From positions 752,882 to 816,881 of the forward strand of contig MU004192.1 of assembly GCA_010093605.1 (NCBI GenBank): a DNA stretch of 64,000 bases, read 5' to 3'. Position numbers and translations under genes: made by a program. Numbering within the stretch: position 1 is the first letter of the stretch; each line of letters opens with the position of its first letter. Below the pieces are notes generated by a model. That model did not search any database. It was not told the DNA's origin and saw nothing but the letters and a program-made list of their open reading frames with translations. Origin of the DNA: Lophium mytilinum. Its lineage: Eukaryota. This document shows positions 50,319 to 62,783 of this stretch, in pieces.

Positions 50319-51352
50319 CTAGGGATACTGGTGCTCCATAAAGTCCCCAATTTCAAGCAGAAGCATCGAGCCAATCAAGAATTCCACTAAAGCCATGAGA
50401 AGCACCTCTGTGAGCACCCGTCGTGCAGCGACCATGACGATCGCCGTGAAGGTGAAAACCAGTGACACAGACCCGAAGAGAATAGCCTTAATGCGGTACA
50501 TCTGGTGCTTGAGATCTTTGCTGCCGGTATTGCAAACGCCCCACGCAGCTAGGCCAAGCGTGAGAGCGATTGCCATGAGCGAGATGAGGACGACTACGAG
50601 GCGAATCCCACTAAGGGGCGGCGATGATGTACAGGGTGCAGTCAAAGGCGCACGGCCTTCCTCCGCAAGAGCGAGGTCGTTGGTGTCCTCATCGAGTCTT
50701 GTCTTGCGTCGGCGAAGGTACTTCTTGCCTGGAAGGAATCAGTACAAGCAATGGTCCATGTGTGGGTGGAATTACCTTTCAGGTTAACTGAGTTTGGCTC
50801 TTCTGTGTATTCCTCTTCGGCCTGGAGGGCCTCGACATCTTTCCGCCGATGCTGGATAAGCACAACAGGAGGCTTCTTCGACCTCTTCGGTCGCTTGTTT
50901 GCTGCTTGTACAGGAAGACTTGGTGGCAGCCCTGCCCAGCTGCCCATACCAAGAGTGTCCTGGTCACGTTGAGCTTCACGATCCGTGTCGGACCCCGAGC
51001 CATGCGTCGCACTCAATGAAGAGGCCGCATACGTTATCATCCCATTGCGCTTCCCATTGTATCCACCCGCTGAATGATCTGTTCCATGCGAGGTGGGCTT
51101 CGTCATGCTCGAGGCCTTCCTCGAGCCCCATGCTGACTCTGTTGGTGGAGCGGTAGAGGTTGTAGCGGATGGTTCGGCGGCGCGCAGATGTGTGTTGACA
51201 TTCGTAGTGATGTCCTTCAGCTCGATAGCATCACCGTGGCGGATTGACAAGGTGACCGGGTCATTGTCACGATGGAGTCCTGGGATGATGGCTGGATCGG
51301 CGAGGGACAGACTGCTTGATGGGGGTTTCACGGAAGCTGCAGTGAAGAACAT
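50319..51352 (-). CDS. Hypothetical membrane protein with three C-terminal TM helices; intron 50775-50729
   Basis: A 47-nt intron GTAATT...ACTGAT...CCAG joins ORFs 50642-51355 and 50319-50645 in phase. The start codon is uncertain. Confidence 0.7.
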
Positions 51353-53718
51353 CAAAGCCCGATCATAGAGTTGACTTGAATGAGGGAAGAATTACTGTCC
51401 GCCATGTTTCCAAGAGCCGGTTGGATTGACTTTCTTTAGCGAGCGCGTTGGGTGAGTGCATTCGAGGATTTGCGGAGGTGTGGTGCCAGGCGGCGTGACG
51501 AGAGCAACGAAGCGAAGGAAGTAATGACTCGAAAGTAGGATACTTTAAAGGGACACGAAGCTGACGAATTAAGTAGCAGGAGTAGAAGATCGTTCGTAGG
51601 GGACGCGTAGTTGACAGGGTTGAAGCTGGGTGTGTTGGAGAGCGGGGTGCAACCAGAACAACGCTGGACATTTATAAATGCAGACGATACCAGTACCCGT
51701 TCGCCGGATAAAATGACACACCCGGCCGCGCAAGGCGGTGCGCTACGGGTTCGCTTCGGGTTCGCTTTGGGCCATTTACGACGACATCAGCTGGCGGCGG
51801 GCTGTGCGTACAGACGTCGATGCTGGGCGGCGTTGAGACTCGGCAAGCCAGAAAGCGATGATGTGAAAAGTTTTAAGCAAAGCCCGCTGAGGAAGAAGAT
51901 GTTTTGGTGCCAATGCCGAGACTGAGGCAGTCGTCCTCTGCTGAGGCAACGTAGGGATCCAGTGTGCTTTGCACAGGGGAGAGCACGAAGGAAACGGTGA
52001 GCACAAACACCAAAGATTGGCGTGCGGCAGAATGACGCTCGACACGGTCTGCGCTGCTTAACGCCGATCCCCCTCTTCCCCCCTGGTTTGGTGGAGCATC
52101 ACGCGTCGCGGAAGGAAGTTACAAGCAGAAGACTGTCGTGGCGCTGGTTTCCAGAACACCGCAGGCCTCAGGCGGCGTCGGGGATAGGCTTTTGGCTTCG
52201 GCGGCCAAGAGTTTCCCTGCTACTGCGCCCGCTTTGCAGGAACCATGTCGAAGGCTGAGCTGACGTTTGGACATTGAGAGGAGATGGACCAAAGAAATGC
52301 CAGCGCTTACTGCCACTGTTTGATTGGACTTCGACTTGGCAGCCTCGTTGAAAATTGCGGCTCCAAGTTGTTCCGCTCATAGCAGAAGCGGAGGTGTAAA
52401 TGAAAATACCAGTTGTGCCATACTTTCCTGCATGACTAGATTGGTGGCCTCCAGCGGTGGTTAGTTTAGTGTTTGTTGTAGCAGCTCGGTCGCGTCTCAA
52501 AAGCTTTTTATTCCCTTTGACATCGGCTCCCGTCATTGCACGTGATTTGATGCGATTATCCGGGTGTGAATTCGGAAACAACACAAGTCAGTATGCTCAC
52601 TTACTGACTAAGTAACTAAAATTAAGACGGTAGAGTCTTATATAAAAGAGTGCGCAGCGGACCCTTTGCTTGCGGATGTTGTGGATGGTGTCCTCGTGGC
52701 GGGTGAGGTCGTACGAAAACTTTGGAGCTAGAGTACGGCGGACCGCAAATTACGGTGGACTAGGACTACCGACGAGCCCTTCAACGTCACGTCCTCGGGT
52801 GAGTCGGAATGGACGTCTCCCACCTACGAAAGCCTCATAAGCTCCTTTACGACGACCGAAAAAAATGACACGTAACAGGATACTGTTCAGAAGATGTTTG
52901 ATTCGGTTTCTGGATGATTCGACGGTCACGTGAACTACGACCGACCGACTGAAGCTCCTTCCAGGCATCCAAATCCCATAGTTCACACAAGGTGAGATCT
53001 CCAGGCCGAAGGGCAAACCTTAGGCGTAATTCAGTCTTGGCTATTCCACAAATGATCCATCTATCACGTGTGAAGAAAGGACTCCAACACACGAGCTTCA
53101 CCCTGCAAGAGAAGGAACGATTGGCCGACGTACGTACATGCATCCACTTGAACATGTTTGAAAGGTCGAAACGTCCGGAGAGGGCGAAAAGGGCGAAGAG
53201 GGCTGGGGCAACTCTTTCTGGCCCCCACGCCACACCTTCTCGAGTACTTAAACCTCGCCAGATCCTATTTTTAGCATCTCTCGCCCATCTCTCGCCCATT
53301 TTCACTTGCTTCTCCGCCTCGAACCCCTCACCATCCAATCCCCACGCATATCGGCCGCCCTCTACTTACGTCATCAGCTAGTTCCCCAGTATATAAACTT
53401 TGTACGCCCACTCGAATCAGTTTAGCTTCTTCCCCATCCCGCTTAGCCTTCACTTCGACCACTTCCTCTAGGCTCCCACCCAGCATGACCAGTCAGCCAC
53501 CTGCGGTCTAACTCTTATATCCTTGCAGCATCCCTGTCAATACCCTTGTACGCCTTCTTTGCCAGCGCGAGTTGTGTTCATAAAACCCAGGTGCACCGCC
53601 ACTTTGCACCGCCACACTGCCCTTCTCCAGGCCGACCGGTCAAGAGCCAATCACATAATTAGTCCCCGCCCGCCAACCAAATCACAGCTGCCCCCCCGCT
53701 CTATTGACTCCCTCGATA

Positions 53719-54992
53719 ATGGATTTTGCTACTGGTTGGGAAGGTCTCACGACCGATGATTCGATGTACAGCCTGAATTCTTCACAGTACTCTTCTGGTT
53801 AGAACTTCTATACACTTCAGAGGAATGCCACAGGCTTACAGCTCCTGCAGCAGCGTTCTCAGCAGCTCTAGACGCTCTTCCTTTAGAGCCAACTGGGTCG
53901 CCGTTTGTAGCCCCTCCAGATTCAACGTTCAGCTATCCCACCTTTTCTTTTCCAGTCAACGATCTTTCTTGCGTTCCTGTCACACCTCCAGCAACCTCGC
54001 GAGCATCACCTACTCCCACCGTCTCGAGTTCCCACTCGCGGAAGCGTGACTCTGTATCGGAAGAGAGCAACGCCGTGAAACGGATCAAGATACTCTCATC
54101 TCCGCTCAGCGAACCAGCTACGGTCCTCTGTGAGGCTTGGCTAGAAAACTACCCTTCTATCTTTCCGAAAGCAAAGCACATCCGCGCACTGACGGAGCTC
54201 ACCGATGAATCCGGCAAGAACATCGAGCAGTGGCTCAGCCAACGGATGCGACAGAGTCCCTCTCAGACCTGTAGAGACCTACATCAGATCCGCAACTTAC
54301 CCCTAATGCCTACACCTCCGAGATATGAGCCAGCCTACGTACCTTCTTTATCCCTACCATCGTCTTCTCCTGTGCCCGCAGAACTATCAGCGCCTCCTAT
54401 AAAAACTCGGCCAGGCCCCGACCTACCAACTGTCCGCACTGCAGCATTGAGAGAAGCTTCCCACACCCTCTCCTCTTCATGCACCGCAACAGGGCGTCAC
54501 TGCGTCCCAACCACATCTCCCGAACTCCTCGCCCGCGACGCCTCGAAACCCTTCCAATGCACCCACAAATGCGGCGCACGCTTCGCCCAGCGCGATGACT
54601 GGCGCAAGCACGAGGAGCGGCGGACCCCGCAAGAAGGCTGGCTATGTCTTGTGCCCTCGCCCAAAAACCACTGCAAAAGAGAGGCTGCAGAATGTAACCA
54701 AGGCGATGAGGACAGCGGAGTCAAAGATGTGCTTTGCGGTCGTGCTTCATATCGCCGGCAGCACTTTCGGCAGCACTTCAAGCGCTTGCATCCTCAACTT
54801 GCGGAGCAGATGGGCGAGTTTGAAGAATTGGGGTATTTCAAGGCAGAGCGGGAGTTCGAGGAAAGGTGTGGGTTTTGTAGTAAGCGGGTTAGCGGGTGGA
54901 GGGAGTGGGTGGCGCATGTTGGGAAGCATTTCCAGGAAGGGGCTGAGGTGAAGAGGTGGCGGGAGGGCGGGAAGGGCGAGAGGGGTGGGTAG
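53719..54992 (+). CDS. Homeodomain-like plus C2H2 zinc-finger transcription factor (5' structure tentative: intron 53798-53841)
   Basis: LCEAWLENYPSIFPKAKHIRALTELTDESGKNIEQWLSQRMR (homeodomain-like). Zinc fingers PFQCTHKCGARFAQRDDWRKHE, RQHFRQHFKRLH and CGFC...WVAHVGKHF. The frame is open from 53760. Confidence 0.78.
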
Positions 54993-55554
54993 GGTAGTGT
55001 GGCTAGACTGTTTGTGCATAGTACAACATGTCGATTAGAAGCTTTTGAGACCGCTCTATTCTGCGTTGTCTTGCCCTCTACATCTCCCCTAGATTCTTGA
55101 TAATAGTTAAAAGGCCTCAAACAGTAATAGGCAGTAGTGCGCACGCTTCTGTCCTGGCGCTGAACATGCATTGGTTTTGCTATGGGCTAATTGCAGCGTG
55201 TGAATGATGATTAATATCCAGGCCGATACTTGCGGTCTGGACGCTGCGCCAAAGAGTGACGGACAGTGACAGGCCTTAAGTCTGGGCACACTGGTTCGCC
55301 ACTACTCGGGGCACCCCCGAAGGATTTAGAAGATTTATAGGCGGTATTGTGTTTCAAGCAGTGCAGATTAGATAGCCTTCTGGTTAGTTAGCTGGTTAGC
55401 AGCCAGGCTACCCCCTACAGTGGTGTAGAGTGAGCAACATTGAAGCTAAGCAATGGAAAATACGTGTGCCCAGACTATTGACCCAGTACTGGAAGCAATA
55501 CGAAAGGAATTACCGATACGCCTTTCGAAATCTTGTACGTCTGTACAGTGTCTC

Positions 55555-58046
55555 CTAAGGCTGGTGTTTAGGCCGGGAATCTCCTTCGCCTAGTATAACA
55601 ATAGATGGCCTCCCGCGAGATCCAATTCTCTACAGAAAGGTTAGCAAGTAGTCCCAAAATGTATTATCATGAATAAAGAACCACATACCCCTACCCAGTA
55701 CCTCCTGCTCTCAACTGTACACACCATCCCATCATTGCTCAAGAACCCGATAATGATGCAACTCACGGTAGGCAAGATCCACGTTGCGGTTTTCTTCGTA
55801 TCTCCTGTACCGTGGAACACTGACACCGCCTCCCACTCTTTTGCCAGTAGAACCCATGCCAAATCAGCGCTCGCACCGGTCTCATGCATTGGCACGGTAT
55901 CCATCCAAACCGGCATGGTCCACGTGCGCGTCTCGTTCCAGATTTGCTCCAACACGATATGGCAGTACTTAGCCATCGCGAAGTAGTCAAAAGTAAGATG
56001 TTCGGCCTCGTCCTTCACGATAGCTCGTACCGCCTCCAGATACCGTATCGGCGAGGTGTTGTTGAATGTCGGACGACAGCGCGGCTCCCTCCCTCCATGG
56101 GCGGTCTTATACTCCACACGGATCCGTTTAAAGACGCGGTTAGACGCGGAGTTCTCGCCAGTAGCTTTGAAGAAGTCAGCGTGTCGCTCAGGGTCCCAGA
56201 ATGCGGTGCTCAAGGGCACGCATGCGAGAGGCCGTGGTTTTTGATTAGGTCTGCGTTTTATCTTCCGGATATCTTTCGCGTTTACAGTCGCCGGAAATCC
56301 ACTGCAGATCAAGGCGCGGCTTCGGCAGGTGGCAATAGTTTCAGGCCGAGTCCCAATAAAGAGTGAACTTTCCCCTTGGAATCTGATGAGGGTCTCCATA
56401 TCTACCCAGTCTTCTTGCAAGCACCCATCTGCCTGCCTTGCGGCATTGTACAGATGGGCACAAGACATGACCGACGGAATGCTGTTCGCGAAACCGATGC
56501 CTGCCTGATGAATCTCAGTGTCGAGTGTGTGTATGATCAGTCCGCAGAGACCTAGGTGCATGGTGAACAAGGACGGAAGTTCTCTGTCTCTCTTAAGGGG
56601 GGACACCGCTGTCCTCACAGTATCCAAGCCTTTGCCAACGAACCAGAAGTCTAATGCTTCTGCTATCGACGAGCATCGCTCATGCGCCTCTTCCTGTTGG
56701 AGAACCTTCGCGATCCTTCCTAAGGCTCCGGCCAAATCCGGCCGAAGGAATTTTTCCTTACAATTGAAATATACAGTACGGATATCAAGAAAGAGCTGGC
56801 TCTTGAAAACCAGGCCAACGGACGGAGGGGTCCCATTCCTCTCTCGGAGCTTGTTCATCGCCTCTTCGCTGAAGCTGTCAAACACCAGAAACTTCGGATG
56901 GGATGGAGCTGCCTCCAAGATCAAAAACTCCAGCTCTCCGATGACGTCGATTAGCCAAGAGCTACAAACCCACACTCCTTCGTCGACCATCGGGAAGACT
57001 TTCCGCAACTGCTCATCTTTCTCGATATGCAGCTGTCGATTTTCGTCGCTCATCAGCGATAGCTCAGCGACCTGTCCATGAGGCAGGCTATATATCGCTT
57101 TCAGTGCAAGGAATGACTTGTAGCAAACAAAAGGCGACAGTTCATCGGGTACGGGTCTTTCTTGGTCCTCGTCAGTGCTTTGGGAGACCGAGGACGTAGT
57201 GGAGCTACCTCGGAATAGCGACAGCAGCTCATCCATGCTCATGAGCTCCGGGTACATCTTGCCGAATTCCTCGATCCTCAAGTCCATTGTTCTCATCGTG
57301 ATATCTGTGATCACCCCTGCCGAGCCCATGTCGATTCCTCCGTCGCAGTAAGAAACCCAAACATTCGATGCGAATGACTTTAAGTCGTTCATATCGTAGA
57401 GGAAGCACCACGCTGCCATGAGCTTTTGTTCTTGGAACGGGTCGTCAAGTTCGTAAACTGCGTCTTTCGTGTTTTCAATCCCGATATTGTCTATATTCTC
57501 CCAAGCGGGATCCGGTTCTGTGTCTGCGTCAGGAATCTCAAGAGATGCCTCCGAAGTCCAAGTGGTGTGTGTCAGTGCAGGACTGGACCGGGGACTGTCT
57601 TTCCGTACTTGTGGTGACTTATTAGAAAAGGATGGCTCCAATAGGTTCAGCACGTTGCGTAGTATCCTGATAAAGTAATTGTGCTTCAGATTGCTGGCCT
57701 GCCAATCTTGGTCGGTGTTTGTACAGTTCTTAAACCATCGGTGGCACTTCTCCCGAAGCCATATCGCCCGCCGGGCGGATGCAGCAATGGTTGCCGGAAC
57801 AAAGATAGGGGGTTTTCTCCCTGCAAGTACTTTTGCACAACCCAAAATGTCCGCTGTAATAACCTTTTGGGTAGGACGGTATCCAGCTGTCCCGGGTGCC
57901 TGCTTTCGAGCTTTGCCCTTCCCCCTTACCGGCTCGTTCTTTAACTTATGTCCGTACTTTCTGCCATTTGTAACCACCCAGGTAACGAAGGTCCTCGTGT
58001 CAGCGAGGTCTTGTCGGTACGTACTCTTGAGGTGGTCCGGGATCAT
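55555..58046 (-). CDS. DUF6604-like large hypothetical protein (801-aa ORF to 55641; a probable terminal intron would extend it to 55555)
   Basis: N-terminus LKSTYRQDLADTRTFVTWV...GKGKARKQA...AIWLREKCHRWF...HNYFIRILRNVLNLL and later AHLYNAARQ...DWVDME resemble this fungal family. A GTATGT...GCTAAC...TAG intron candidate lies near 55690-55630. Confidence 0.72.
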
Positions 58047-59422
58047 GGTAGATGTAAATAAAAATATCTAGAACAATGACAAGGGTAGGGGGTGTAGGAT
58101 GATACTGGCACAATGAGCAAGCTGGCCGGGGCACCTCAGACAGTGGCCAATGGAAGTACACACTTAGCTGTGCCGTTCGTTCTCTAGGTTTCTGTGAGGT
58201 TAAAGAAGCACCACAAGCTCCCCAGATCGAGGAATCGAGAACGGAGGTGACAAGTGTAGGGGGGGTGGTATACTTGAGACACGGGTGATGTGGTGAAGTT
58301 GGATTATGTCGGGGGTTCTGCTTTGCAATACGTTGCAAGTTTTGTTTGTTTGTATATGTTGAGAGCGGCTTCGTCATAGGCGTCGAGGATAGTGAACGCA
58401 AGAGCCTATAAGGGCTATTTCAGCTACTTCTCAGTGAATATCTTGACTGTGGAAAGGGGCTATCCCTTGGCCCGACGTGGCGCAACGCTGGGACTTTCTG
58501 TTGAACACACTGAGTGAAGGGGCAGTCTGACACCGCTTGAGGTGGCCCACAACGCTTTTAGTCTTGTAAAAATTGTCCTTTTCGATCTCTTACAATGTAC
58601 TACAGGACCCCCGGGCGACGCTAGGCTCGTGTACGAAAAGCCTAGAGGGTACGTGTTACTCAAGTATTTCGCTGCAGCTCTCCTCACTCGAAGCTTCCTA
58701 TTGGCTGTATTCTTCTCGATATCGTAGAACCAAATGCGACGGGCCAAGGGATCATACGTTTCATTGATTGTTAGAAGGTGGGGAGGATTCATGTTTTTAA
58801 CTTCTTCGAGAGAGCTATTTGCCTCTTCACGTGTATATCACTCCGTTCGAGGCATAGGAGCATCCCCGTCATCTCGAAACTGCTTCTCCTTCCGTGTAGC
58901 GGGACGTCGCATGAGTACACCGTGTTCGCATGGCTTCCTAGATAGCGCGTATAACTTGATTGCAGTTCTTCGCTAGTCCCTAGTAGTCTGTATCGTACTA
59001 CGGTATTTCTTCTTCGAGAAGTGATAAGGGAAGTCATGATATGGAGGTAGAGGAGACATCTCCTGAGAGTGAGATAAAGCGAAAAGAACGCCTGATTCGG
59101 CAATGAGAAGCATGGTATCAAAGAAACCTAGAGATACGCCGATGTAAGTTATATAGTTAAGACGAGCCCCACCGAAGACTTTTGGAAAGGAAACAAGAAA
59201 GGCAAGGTACGAAGGCTGAGAGAATGAAAGAGGCGCAATCCTATCTAGGATGGTGATATAGAGTGTCATGCAATACGCAGAGCAATGCGATATGCAGAGG
59301 AACGGTTGATGCTCAACGCTTAGCTCTTTTGACCCAAAAAGTCGAAATCATACTTCGTAGTAATACTGAGGGTATCTTTTCAGAAGAGAATCACAAGAAA
59401 ACCATAGGCAAAGAAAGCTCAA

Positions 59423-60501
59423 CTAGGGATGTGTAGGTCCACTCGAATCGACACCCTCCCACTTGTGGTCCCAGCCATGGGCATCGTCTGCTCCCCCAAT
59501 TGTCTCCCCATTTTCTATGATGCCACGAATGTCGGACCAATATTCTAGCTTCTTGCATTCTGAATCGGCAGCTTTCACGGCCTTGAGGAGATTGTCAATT
59601 CGCCGTCCTTCAACTTCATCTTCCGACTCTCCGTGTTTCTTGTGCTCCTCTCGGTGGGTGCTTGCTGCATCGAAGGTCTGCATAAGACTGGTAAGGAGCT
59701 GGCGTCGGGAATTTTGGAAGATGAGCATCGACATGATTCCGGACATCTGAGATTTGGTTAGCAAAGTTGACAGACTATTCAGATTAGATTATGCAGACGA
59801 ACATTCTCTGCTAAGTAGATGAGGTCCTCCCCAGAATCAGTGATGAATCGCTTGACGGCCACGATCTTTTCTCGGTCGATCGGTGCCTTCTTGAGGGCGT
59901 TCATGAGAGTTTGAATATCTCGAATCTCCTCGTCTATGGACTCCTCGATTGGAGTACCCGTAGCATCTAGGCTCGTAGGTCTTCCGGTGGTCGTCCTAGC
60001 TAAAGTGGTCCCGATGCTGAATGTGTCTCCAAATAGCCGCTCCCTGTTGTCCTTCGTCTTGGGAGGTAGCTTTCGCTTCACACGCTTCCTCAGCCATCGT
60101 CTCCTGCGCACGAAAGAATGGAACCACGGGTGATTGCCATGCCAGGCGAACTTCCGAAAGTAGAACGAGTATTGCCAGCCCTCTTCATCGACATCGTGCG
60201 ACATGTCGACGTACCAGGTCTTCCATTCCCATGTCCAGCTCGGATCTGGCACTTGAGCATTTGTAATATTAACGGCGCTGGGTTCAAACTGTCCATTGAC
60301 CCAGGGACTTTGGTCTATTCGGAGGTTCCCGAGAGCCTTGGAAGAGAAGAGGGGTATGCCGAAGATGAACCATCCGCGCTGGTTTTCATAGAGAATGTCG
60401 ACGTGAAACTGCTCCTCTGGAATCTTCTCTGGCTCTGACTGTGTCTGATCTTCCCGCTCGTCCTCGGTGTGGTCGACAAGGCTAATTACTGCTTCTGCCA
60501 T
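59423..60501 (-). CDS. SPO73: Dysferlin-domain sporulation protein Spo73/Mug65-like; exons 60501-59803, 59746-59423
   Basis: DILYENQRGWFIFGIPLFS, VPDPSWTWEWKTWYVDMSHDVDEEGWQYSF and FVRRRRWLRKR (DysF domain). Phase-0 intron with GCTAAC. Confidence 0.82.
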
Positions 60502-61087
60502 GCTGGTTGTTGTGTAGAGAGCGTTGGTAGGTTCAAGTAGGTTTCGTCGAACAGAAAGTCGAATTAACTACCTCGGTAGGAGATGCATGGGTAAAGCTCT
60601 ATGATGATCTAAGTCAGCAGCTTCATCAGCATAAACTGCCACTAGTAATAGGAAAATAGGAGACGTACGATGCTGGTGTATGTCACCTCAGCGGTTCAGG
60701 AGTCTGCTATGAGACCGCATGAAGAACGCGTGCCGTTGCCTCCTCTAGCTACAGAGCAGCAGTCGTCTCCCGGGCCGACGCGTACAGGACGGCGCAGTAG
60801 CGGAGATGGAGGAGTCTTGGTATCTTGGTGTTGAAGAGGCGCCGTGAGGCTAGAACAGTGAGTGGGCCTGGTGGCTTTCTCCTAGCGTGATGCGGAGATG
60901 CTGTCGCACATACGTCACTGGCTCCAGCTCCCTGTCACACATGCCACCATGCCATGCCTTGTCCTTGGGAGTTCGTCGCAAGTACAAACACCTGATCTCT
61001 CCTCCCTCCTCCCTTCTACACACCCGCAAGATCCTCCAATCGATCCACTCCCCTCCACAAACCACTTCTCTCTACGAATCTTCAACA

Positions 61088-61634
61088 ATGGCTGGACGCA
61101 AGGCATTTACCTTCATTGGTCTCCCCGCGGCGGGTGTCGGCGCATACTACCTGTACAATGCCGGCGGAAGCCCCAAGGTAGCCGAGAAGCAGTTCGAAGG
61201 TTTGTTTCCTCATAGACATCCATCTACCTGTACAGCCGTATTGACTTTTTACAGCTGATGCCGCGCAACTCTCATCGAAAGTGAGGAGCGAGCTACCCGG
61301 CAAGGAGAAGGAGGCAAAGACCTCGGCCAAGCTATACGCCCAAGAAGCCGGCGACAAGCTTGACAGGGCAGTACGTTAAGACTCTGTTCAAGTTGCGCCA
61401 GGTGCTGGATTTCATTATTGACGTTACTGCCAGGTCGATGACGCGAAATCTGCCACCAACAAGGTTGACGCTAAGCTCGAAAGCTACCGTGCGAGCGCCG
61501 AGAAGAGGCTCGACGAGAGCAGGAGAGAGACTGGCCAGAAGCTGACATCGGCTGTGGACACATTCGACAAGACCGTTGAGAAGAAGGCGGCGGAGACGAA
61601 GGGCTGGCTCGGTGGCTGGTTCGGTGGCAAGTAG
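61088..61634 (+). CDS. Small LEA-like, probably mitochondrial protein; exons 61088-61199, 61255-61370, 61433-61634
   Basis: MAGRKAFTFIGLPAAGVGAYYLYNAGGSPKVAEKQFEADAA...VDTFDKTVEKKAAETKGWLGGWFGGK, with two canonical introns. Confidence 0.82.
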
Positions 61635-62573
61635 GGTTGACACACTCTGTTACGATGCATATGCGAACTGGTTATGAAAATTGAGCGCCGAGGTGTACTC
61701 CGTAATGCCATGGGTGGAGAGATATGATCGTTTAACTTCTTCTCTCCTACATCCTCCCAGTACATATTAACTCTACTCTGCGCTCCTCCTGCTATGACAT
61801 TCTCCCCCTGCTCATTTGCTATGAGCGCTATACACTATTACCAGGTTCTTGCGCAAACTCTGACGGCATACACTAAGCTTGTCCCGGTGTTTCTATCTGT
61901 CAAGCCATCATAAGACAGTCACCTACTGCGCCCACTCAAACGTAGGAGTCGACAAGCAGCAAGATACTACCTGTCAACGACGACTCCCATCAATTAGCGT
62001 TTTACGTTCACCTTTCGACACCCTTTCTGCTCCAAGCTCTTTGGGAGCACGAGGCCAATCGTTTGCTTTCCCGTAGTCGAAAAGAATATCAAGATCGATC
62101 ACTTGATCTTCAAGCAACATGCAGTCCACAACTTCCTTTATTGACTTGGTCCATTCATGAAAAGCCCCGCTCCCGTAGAACGCTGCCCCATAAGGCTTGT
62201 GCAAACCCTGCGTGACCTAACAAGCACCGACGAAAAAGTCTAAGCATCGTTTCAGCAACCGTTTGGCGTGCTCAACGCATTATACAAGTTCGCATGGGAT
62301 ATCAGAGCCTAAAGAGTGTCAGTGAGACGATGCAACAAACCTACAATTGACTTCGTTGACGTAGGTTTAGACGATCTCAGTACACTACCGGAAATAGACA
62401 GGACAGAAGCAATGGCGAAGGTGAATGAAGGATTTGGCCTCCATCCACCCACAGAGCCGGTCCATTCGAACAGAGTTGTATTATCGACATGGCTCTGCCA
62501 CTCTGTGCAGCTTCAATGTCCATATTATTCACGTTAGAGAACTGGGCACGGTGAATGAAATGATTGGATGTGA

Positions 62574-62617
62574 ACGCGTGAGGAAATTCAATTTCGCTAG
62601 CGTGTCGCGTCGCGCGT
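62574..62617. promoter_or_regulatory. MCB-like cluster upstream of the Cdt1-like gene
   Basis: ACGCGT at 62574-62579 and TCGCGTCGCGCGT at about 62605-62617, 170-210 bp before the ATG. Confidence 0.5.
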
Positions 62618-62783
62618 GAATCCAGCCTCCTGAACTTTTTGAGCTCCTTCTCCCCTCTCTCTCCCCACCATCCATCATCACAATCACCATCTCTCCACAC
62701 ACATCTCACCCCATTGCTCTATTATCCTCTCGCCCAAGTATCCTACCCTGCTATAATTACAAGGGATACATTACTATTTCGCA

